DNA of 64,000 nt from the human T2T-CHM13v2.0 reference genome, Homo sapiens: NCBI RefSeq assembly GCF_009914755.1, contig NC_060928.1; one strand, written 5' to 3'. A program made the translations under genes and the position numbers. This document shows, in pieces, positions 53,884 to 64,000 of this stretch. Numbering within the stretch: position 1 is the stretch's first letter; each line of letters opens with the position of its first letter. The notes under the pieces are model-generated. The model worked only from the letters and a program-made list of their open reading frames with translations. It had not been told where the DNA came from and ran no database searches.

Positions 53884-56269
53884 ATTATTATCTTTCCATC
53901 TCCTTTACATATAGATACTCTATAGAATGATGCAGTGTAATCTTACATAATATCTCTCTTCAAGTTTGAACAATCATTTTTTCTAGGTATGGAACAAATT
54001 ACTTTTATGGAATTTTTATTTCCTAAACTTCCCTGCACTCAACCTACATATACTCTGAACAAATCTGAATATAGTTGGATTTAGAAATCTAGAATAGTCT
54101 TATATGTACTTATATGTGGCATACAGTTAATTATGTAAGGAAATATTTGCCCTATATAATTTTGTGCTTCATTTTCTGTTCACTCCATGTTTTATTTTCT
54201 TTCACCAACCAATTTTCATTGTTTTATTTGACTAATTCCTGGCTACAAACATGATCAAGTTGCTCTTTAGTTTTGGGGAAACTTACCAGTTTGTATGTAT
54301 TGGTCCAGTCAAAGGGGGTAAAATATTATTAGCCAGAAGTTTTCTGAATAAACATAATAAAGCTAACTCGATGTTCATTTTAATGGAATTTTTATGTTAA
54401 AGCCTAGTGATCTGATGAAATGCCTTCCCAGTTACATATATTTCTATCATATTAGTGTTGGTCATTTTGAATAAAAGTTGTCACTTTGCTGGATAGTGTC
54501 ACAGAAATACTGGTACTGGTCACTGGTTACCACTTTTAACTGAAAGGAACTTGAGTGTCTCTGCTTCAGTGATCATATTTTCAATTATTAGGAAGCTAAG
54601 CAAAGGGTGATTTGGTTTGTATAAGGTTACTCACTGAGTCGGCAGAAATGCCACTGATCTCATTTTATCATATCTGCTAGGTTTTATGTGACATTGAAAT
54701 GCCTCATTGTCCAACTCTTGTTTTTTGTTACAATGAAGATCACTAATATATTATTTGTATTTGTAGTAATATCAATAATCATCTGCAATTCCACTTTTTA
54801 TATTGCATTATAATTTATCAACTATTTTTAATCAGTGTCTTCTACATTTGACTTTAGCCAAAAAGCTAAGAAATAATTATTTTCACTGATTTTATTTGAA
54901 ATGGTTCTTTACTCATGGTGCACAGGGCACCATAATTTTAATAAAACTTTACCGTTCAATACAGTTTTGATTAATTCCAACAACTAATATCATTCATTAA
55001 TCATAAATTCTAGAAAACTTTTTTTCACAGAAGCTAAACTTCCTGATCTGGCTGTGGCTAGTTTTGGAGTCTGTTGTTCACTGGTTACAATGCTTATATC
55101 ATTCTCTACTTATATTTTAATTAGAAGAATGTAAGTAGTTGGGTCACAGGCTGAAAAATGACTTAAAAATTAAAATAATTATAGACAAAGCCCAATTAAA
55201 CATAAATTTCAAAACTCTGCAATAAATACTTTTTATTCTAAAAATTTATTCAGTTTCTATGAATTCCAACTTGAAAGAATTATTAGTTTTCTATAATTAT
55301 ATGTGCTGTCAGTAAACATTTATTTTGATGTGAAATAATTACTATTTACAAGCCTTAATTGAAATAAATTTGTTTATGTAGATCTGTATACTTTTTTCCT
55401 ACATAAGTTATTTTTAACAGCTATACTAAAATTTAGTTTCCTCTTAGTGTGTAATTTTGTTATTTTATATTTGTGTAATATTATTTTTAGTCTTCCTACC
55501 AAAAGTTGACTTTTCAGTTGTTCATTCTTAGAGCACAGTGATAATAAAAAGGAATCTATACTTAATTCTATCCATAATATGCTTTGGCAGAATAAACAAA
55601 GTAACTAACACATTAAAATTACCAAGTAATTTTAAGTTCTAAATTAAATAAACAATGAACAACACATAAATATTTTCTTTAAAATATTTTGTGTAGAATA
55701 TAGAGTTTGTTTCCACAATTATTCAAAAATTAGCTTAAATACCCACATATTTTGTTGATGTACTAATAATGGGGATATTTTTACAATAAAACATAGAATT
55801 AAAAATTATGATTTTGGAGAATTCATAATAAGGTAGGGATATAGTATGATTTATGTACCCTTTGATCTCACAATTAGGTGGGAAGACAATGAATAAGTAA
55901 TTCACTCGATAAAAAATATTGTTAAGAAATGTATATATAAAATAAAATATTATTTTTACAGCCTTTTAAAAAAGGTTTTCAAACATATTGACTGTTGATC
56001 TTGCGAAACCCTTCATTACTTAATATCTATTAAAATATTTTCACTTATCAGGAAATTTATAATTATCTGTAATGGTTTATATAAGAGCACCAAAATGTTA
56101 AGTAAGCACAACCAAAGCTCAACCCCAGGAATTCTAACTTAAAAATTTCATTCTGGTCTATAACGAGCTCTCTTGCCCCGATATATTTATTCTATGTAGC
56201 TGTTGGCACTATCTATCTATGTGTCTCATAGATAAAACCACATAATATCTAAAAAACTCTAGTTATAAT

Positions 56270-56450
56270 ATAATAGCATAGGTAACATTTATTGTATACA
56301 TATGTGTCATATTTTAAATATATTCTTTCCATTCCTTGCACTTAGAGAGTTGGGTGGGATTATTCCTATTTCAAAGATGAGAACACTGAAGTTTAGTAAC
56401 TAATAAATGAGTAATTATTTTTGAGCTGATGTGCCCCTAAAGGCCAATAT
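56270..56450 (-). mobile_element. MIR fragment
   Basis: ATTATTCCTATTTCAAAGATGAGAACACTGAAGTTTAG. Confidence 0.6.
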
Positions 56451-57904
56451 CTTTCTGCATCTTTGATTATTTATACTTATAGAAAACTACATTTTGTACT
56501 TAGTACTTGGTAAGTAGATTTTGAAATACGTAATAACCTATTAGTAGATTTTTCTTATGCATACACAGCTTTTTAAGTAATAGAAGAATTTTTATGATAC
56601 AGAGAAATAGTATGATAAGACATATTATTTATTTCACTTTTTAAAGCCAAACTGATTTAAAATAAAGTGATACCTTAAATGACTTGACATATGGTCTGAA
56701 ATGTTTAGACTGATTATTGGTGAAATATTTTGGGGGAAATTTGCACTGTAAATTAAAGCATTATGTTTATTCAAGGTGACAAAGAAATGTACTTCAATGG
56801 CATGGTATTGTTTTATTTCATTACTAAAAACAATAGAACTAAAGTGCTAAAGGTAAAATAGAGAGCTTGTAGTGCATTATATTTTAAGAAAAATGAGACC
56901 CAGAATGTCTTGCATGTTATATTTGCCAAAATATTTGATAAATTCAGCGAAACAAATGTTTGCCGATTGCTTTTTGTAAGTACCTCTGATATGTGCTTTT
57001 ATATACATGGCCTAATGATCTTATTTATGAGAATGACTTATCATCATCATACACAGTCATCTTCAATAAGCAATTTTTAAGCTTATACCATTGGAGAGAC
57101 ACTTCACTAGAAGATGTGGCATATACAATGAAGATTATGTCATACCTAGGAGTGAGAGCCTAATTACGGAGATGAGGCTAGTGCATAAAATATAGTTAAC
57201 AATAAAGATAGCATGTAAATGCCAACAGGTGTATAAATCGTAATTATTAAAGATGGTCAAAGCAAGACAATATCTTTTATGAAATTATTTTAATCCCTTA
57301 CTCTTTATTATCATCCAGGAGAAGTCAAGATCTAAAACATAGTTCAGAGAAGCAGAAAAGTTTCAGCACATCAGGTGCTTCCAGTCCTGGATGAATTCTA
57401 AATAAGAAATTCCAATATAGTAGTGTTGACCTAGCAACAATTTAAATAAAATGATTTCCTTTTTATTTGCTTCTCTGAAGCATGGACAAACTGCTCATTA
57501 ACAGTAGAACAAACTGCTGTCCACTTTTATAGTTATTTGAAATATAAAAATCAATTATTAGTCATGAGAATGAATCACGTTTTAAAACAAGGGTTGAGAA
57601 GTAAAGTATTTTAGTTTTTTTTCAAGGCAAGTATTCTAAAATGCCAGCATTAGGTCCATTTACAAAAAGTTGAATCATTACATTCTTGAAATTCTTTAAA
57701 ATAATCATGTAAAACTTTAAAAATCAGAACAATATTACAATTATTATAGATAATTTGAGAAGGATAATTTATTCCACAAATATTTTATATAAATTACTTA
57801 GCTTTGTAAGCTAAAATATCATGTAGGATTTTTTTTAGTCTCTCTGTTATTAACTATATTAAAAGGAAGAAAAAACAGCTGAGAGGAAAATTATAATAAA
57901 ACTC

Positions 57905-57912
57905 TGTGTGTT

Positions 57913-57959
<47 letters not shown>
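57905..57959. repeat. (TG)n microsatellite, ~21 pure units
   Basis: Direct inspection. Confidence 0.95.
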
Positions 57960-57961
<2 letters not shown>

Positions 57962-58579
57962 CTCCATTCAGAAGAAATAATGGAGGAGGAGTTAGGCTGT
58001 TAACCAAGCCTAGCACTGACATCATTCAAGAGTCAAAAAATATAATAGAAGGCATGCCTAATACATTGTTTACTATTGGAAAATTGAAGATCAAGAGAAA
58101 GAAAAAAGAAATTATTTATGTCACCCAACATATGGAATAAACTGAAAGTGAAAAGAAATGCTCCTATTATAGCATAAAACAACTATGTTACTGTTGCAGC
58201 ATAGAAGTGGCATGAAAATACATGGGGTAATAATATCAGAAGTAGTAGAGGAGAGTGGCCTGAAACCATAGCTCCCATCATGAGGGGAAGGGGACAAAAT
58301 GTTACAATAGCAACCCAAAATACAGTAACGTCTGAGAAAGTGACAGAGGGTACATGGTTAATGAAGAGAACATATCAGTAATTAATAATGAACCATATGG
58401 AAACGATTTTATTTCTTCCACACCTTTGAGTAAGGGTTGAATCAGAAAGAATGGTATTGATTACCATCACTATACCTACTCCAAGTTAATGTGGCCTGGG
58501 GAAACTAGAATCACTTGCAAATTTGTGTTCACACAGGTGCTTCAGACTGTAGGTGATGCTTTTAAATGTAAATAATGCT

Positions 58580-59410
<831 letters not shown>

Positions 59411-60208
59411 TGCATATAATTTAATAGGCATGTTATGAGCAGTGGGACTGAGTGAGCTGCCTCACACTGTTAAACGTGATAACTACATGAATATAGTAAA
59501 AGGATCAGATAGTCTCATAAAGTCCGTAACAACTCAAAAAATTATTATTTCTTGAATTGGTAATCTATTCATTTTTATTTTTTACATTTAAAGCTAGAGC
59601 TACAACTGGTTTAGTTAGAGACCAAATTACTCATCCAGTTTCTGTAAGCCATCCACATTTTACTTTCATGAAAACACACATGGTAAGTAAATGTGGAGAT
59701 ATCAAAAAGGACCCTCGGGGTATGTCATTGAGAACTCTGTGAATGAGCTCAGGTTTCTGCATCCTACCGTAATACAGGCCACCGTTTTATAATAATAACC
59801 CCGAGGACAGTTGCTCTTTCCAGAAGTGAGGTGAGTCACATTTGTGTTTGTGCTCCATTGACTGCCTTTTCCCTTCCTCCGTTGAGCTCATAGTCCGAGA
59901 TTCCTCAAGCAGTTCCCGTCTTCCTTCAGGCCCACTCCTAATTGGAACCCATCTATCCCACTAACAGCCGTTGAGCTTTACCCTGTGAAACATTCTGGTT
60001 GTTGTCTTTTCAACTTGAAGTCATATCGAAAGATGATAATTGTAAGGCTAAATTCAATACTTGGGGTTAGATTATACTGTATTCTTATTCGCTGACAAAT
60101 ATTATTTTTGTGATCTCTTAATTTAGTTTTGAAGCTTTATAAAGATACACAATTAAGACCCTCCAATTACATATTTCACAATTTAACTTTATTGGATAGA
60201 ATAAAAGC

Positions 60209-60210
<2 letters not shown>

Positions 60211-60259
<49 letters not shown>
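60211..60259. repeat. (CT)17(AT)n compound microsatellite
   Basis: Direct inspection. Confidence 0.93.
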
Positions 60260-60281
60260 CATACATGTGTGTTTGTGTGCA

Positions 60282-60631
60282 TGTGTATTTAATTATATAA
60301 AATTTTTCAGGTAGGCAAAACATATTATTTTATTGTAATTAGAATTTCAGAGCTAGAAGATATTTTAAAGATATATCTCAACTATTCAATTTACAGAAGT
60401 GGAAACAAACTCAATGAATAAATACATAGTTACAGATGTAGTTACTTTACGTATTGCATGTGTGTATAATTATATAATTTTTCAGTTGGGCAGAGCATAT
60501 TATTTCATTGTGATTAGAATTTCAGAGCTGGAAAAGATTTTAAAGATAAGTCTTAACTATTTCATAGTAGTGGAAACTGAAACTCATAATGAATAAATAC
60601 AGAGTCAAATGTAGTTACTGTAAGTATTGCA
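60282..60631. repeat. Diverged 2 x ~175-bp tandem duplication containing a MIR3-like fragment
   Basis: 60282-60458 vs 60459-60631 share CATATTATTT, ATTAGAATTTCAGAGCT, GTGGAAAC, AATGAATAAATACA and ATGTAGTTACT..GTATTGCA. Confidence 0.9.
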
Positions 60632-60654
60632 GCTATAACCTGTCTCATTCACAT

Positions 60655-61790
60655 TTTAAATAAGAGATTCATTAAGGTATAATTCAAATACCATACAATT
60701 CTCTCTTTTAAAGTGTATAGTTCAGTCATTTTTAGTATATTCACAAAATTGTGCAACTACCACAGCTATTTAATGGTAAAACGTTTGTATCACTCCAAAA
60801 AAGAAAACCTCTATCCATTATCAGTCACTTCCCGTTCACCTCTCCCTCCAGTTCCCAGAAACCACCAACATACATTCTTGTCTCTATGCATTTGCTTACT
60901 CTGGACATTTAACACAAATAGAATCATGCAATATGTGGCCTTTTGTCACAGCATCTTTCAGTTAGTAAAATGTTTTCAAGGTTCATTCATGCTGTAGCGT
61001 GTATTAGTACTTTATTCCTTTTTATTGTCAAATAATATCCCATTATATGGCCATACCACTATTTGTTTATCTACTCATCAAGTGTTGGGCATTTGAGTTA
61101 TTTCCCCTTAAGGGCTATTACAAATAATGCTACTAAGAATATTTGTGTGCAAGTGTTTGTGTGGCCCTATATTTTCAATTACCTTACCTTACACCTGGGA
61201 GTGAAATTGCTGGGTTCTATGATAACTTCATGTTTAACATTTTGATAAACCCCCAAATTGTTTTCCAAAATGACTGCGCCATTTTACATTACCACCATTA
61301 ACGCATGAAGGTTCTTATTTCTCTTTACCCTCACAAACACTTATTGCATGCCTTGAAAAAAAATTATCCTTGTGAGTGTGGTGTCCAATTGAAGTTTTGA
61401 TTTACCTTGCCCTAAAGACTCATGATGTTGAACTTCCTTCATGTACTTACATGGCCACTTGTATATCTTTCTTGGAAAAATATCTACTGAAATTCTTTGC
61501 AAATTTTTAAATTTATCTTTTTATCGTTAACATGTAAGAGTTATTTAAATAACCTCAATATAAGTTGCTAATCAAATATGATTTGCAAAAACTTTCTCCC
61601 ATTCTGTGGGCTGTCTTTTGACTTTCCTGATGAGATCCTTTCTTTCATAAAAGTTTTAATTTTGATGAAGTGCAATTTATCTATTTTGTTGTTGTTGCTG
61701 TGCTTTTGTTGTTATATATAAGAAACAATTTGCCTAATCCAAGGTCACAAGGTCAGATTCCTTTATTTTCCTTTAGAAGTTCATTTACAT
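60655..61790 (-). mobile_element. L1MB 3' end
   Basis: TATAATTCAAATACCATACAATTC, TTTAGTATATTCACAAAATTGTGCAAC and TTTTGATGAAGTGCAATTTATC. Confidence 0.85.
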
Positions 61791-62030
61791 TTTTAACATT
61801 TCTTTCCTCAAAGAAGTTTATTATATGCAATTTGGCAATAGTTTAAACAATAAACAAGTAAAGGAACTAGAAAGCAGATATTACATGTTTATATAGTAAT
61901 TTCAACTTCATTCTTTCAATTGTTATTTATCAGATACCTATAGTGAACCAAGCATAATGTTAGGAGCTGGTTTTTTAATGTAATAATTTATTTAGTTTTA
62001 ACACCAATTCTTTGTGGCAGGAATTATGTG

Positions 62031-63989
62031 CAGTCATACATCAGAGATATCATGGGTTTAGTTTTAGACCACTGCAATAAAGCAAATATCAAAAAAGCAA
62101 ATATAATAATAAAGTGAGTCACACAAATTTTTCTGTTTCCCACTGCATATAAAAATTATGTCTACACTATACTGTATGTCTACAATATACTGTAGTATAT
62201 TAAGTATGCAATAGCATTATGTCAAAACATAATTAACATTTAAAAATAATTTATTGATAAAAATGCTGACTATCATCTGAGCATTCATTGAGTCGTTAAT
62301 ATTTTTGCTACTGCAGGATCTTGCCTCACTGTTTATGGCTGCTGATTGAACAGAGTAGTGGTTGCTGATGGTTAGGGTGGCTGTGGGAATTTCTTAGCAC
62401 AAGAAAACAATGAAGTTTGCCACATCAGTTGACACTATCTTGCCCATATCTTTTCTCTGTAGTATGCAATGCTGCTTGAAAGCATTTTACCCACAGTAGA
62501 ATTTCTTTCAAAATTGGAGTTTATTCTCTCACTGTGCAGCTGCTTTATCAACTAAGTTTATGAAATATTCTAAATCCTTTGTTGTCATTTCAACAATGTT
62601 TGCAGCATCTTCACTAGGAATTGTCTCTATCTCAAGAAACCACTTTTTTTTTCCTCATTCGTAAGAAGCTACTTCTTATCTATTCAAGTTTTATAGTAAG
62701 ATTGCAGAACTCCAGGCATATCTTAAGTCTCCAATTCTAATTCTAGTTCTCTTGCTATTTACACCAAATCTGTAGCTACTTCCTTCACCGAATTCTTGAA
62801 TCTCTCAAAGTCATTCATCAGGGTTGAAATCAACTTCTTTCACAGCCCTGTTGATCTGTGTACTTTGACCTCCTCCCATGAAACACACGTTTTTATTGGT
62901 ATCTAGAGTGGAGAATCCTTTCCTGAAGGTTTTCAACATATCTGCCCAAATCCATCAGAGGAACCACTACTTATGGCAGGTATCACCTTATGAAATGTAT
63001 TTTTGAATAATAAGACTTGAAAGTTTGTATTACTATTTGATTCATGGGCTGAAGTATGGATATTGTGTTAGCAGGCATGAAAGCAACATTAATCTCCTTG
63101 TACATGTCCATCAGAGCTCTTGGATGACCAGATCCACTGCAAATGAGTACTAATATTTTTAAAGGAATCTTGTTTTATGAGCACCAGATCTCAGCAGTTC
63201 ACTTAACATATTCAGTAAACCATGCTATAAACAAATGTACATTCATCCAGGCTTTGTTGTTCCATTTATAGAGCACAGGCAGAATAGATTTAGCATAATT
63301 CTTAAGGCCCCTAGGATGTTCAGAATGGTAAATGAGCATTGGCTTCCTCTTAAAGTGACCTGCTGCATTAGTCTCTAACAAGAGAGTCAGCATATCCTTT
63401 GAAGCTTCGAAGGCAGCAATTACTTCCCTCCACCTATGAAAGTCCTACATGGCATCTTCTTCCAATAGGAAGATGTTTTGTCTGCATGGAAAATCTCTTG
63501 TTTAGTGTAGCCTCCTTCTTTAAATGATCTTAACCTGATCTTCTGCATAACTTGCCGCAGCTTCTACATTAGCTCTTGCTGCTTCATCTTGTAGTTTTTC
63601 ATATGAAGAAGGCTTCTATCTTAATGCTTATGAACCAGCCTCTACTGGTTTCCAACTTTTCTTCTGCAGTTTCTTCACTTCTCTCAGCCTTCAGAGAATT
63701 GAAGAGAGGTCCTTGTTCTGCTTTAGACTTTGGCTTAAGAGAATGTGTGGCTGGTTTTATTTTCTATCCAGACCACCCAAACTTTCTTCATATCAGGAAG
63801 AAGCTTTTTTGCTTTCTTATTATTGATGTTTTCACTTGAGTAGTACTTTTAATTTCTTTCTAGAACAGTTTTGTTGCACAACTCAGGTGTTTGGTGCAAG
63901 AGGCTTACCTTTCAGCCTATCTCAACTTTTGAAGTTCCTCTCTCAGTAAGCCTAAACATTTGTAACATTTCATTGAAAGTGAGAGACAT
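62031..63989 (-). mobile_element. Tigger1 (second copy; 5' end not reached within the window)
   Basis: 3' TIR CAGTCATACATCAGAGATAT at 62031; transposase remnant [49 protein letters not shown]. Confidence 0.93.
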
Positions 63990-64000
63990 GGCCAGGCATG
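63990..64000 (+). mobile_element. Probable start of an Alu at the window edge
   Basis: GGCCAGGCATG abruptly replaces Tigger1 sequence; only 11 nt visible. Confidence 0.45.

Overview
This is AT-rich, CpG-depleted primate (human-like) genomic DNA. I found no CpG island, no recognisable host protein-coding exon and no rRNA, tRNA or snRNA gene, so it reads as intergenic or deep-intronic sequence. Much of it is transposable-element fossils: AluY/S/J, nested L1s, two long Tigger1 copies, Tigger2a, a truncated THE1 provirus, MST/MLT1/MER4/ERVL solo LTRs, and MIR, L2, CR1, MARNA and hAT remnants. Many ORFs in the track derive from these repeats; the rest resemble no protein I recognise. Subfamily names come from remembered consensus sequences and need RepeatMasker/Dfam confirmation. 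I cannot support a novel biological system here. The most notable oddities are: an AluSc flanked by a ~100-bp direct repeat (possible very long target-site duplication); a perfect 73-bp duplication in an old L1; an L1-derived filler patch in Tigger1; a candidate recursive splice site; several RFX X-box-like motifs; a convergent CTCF-motif pair; and a compact three-way-junction fold.
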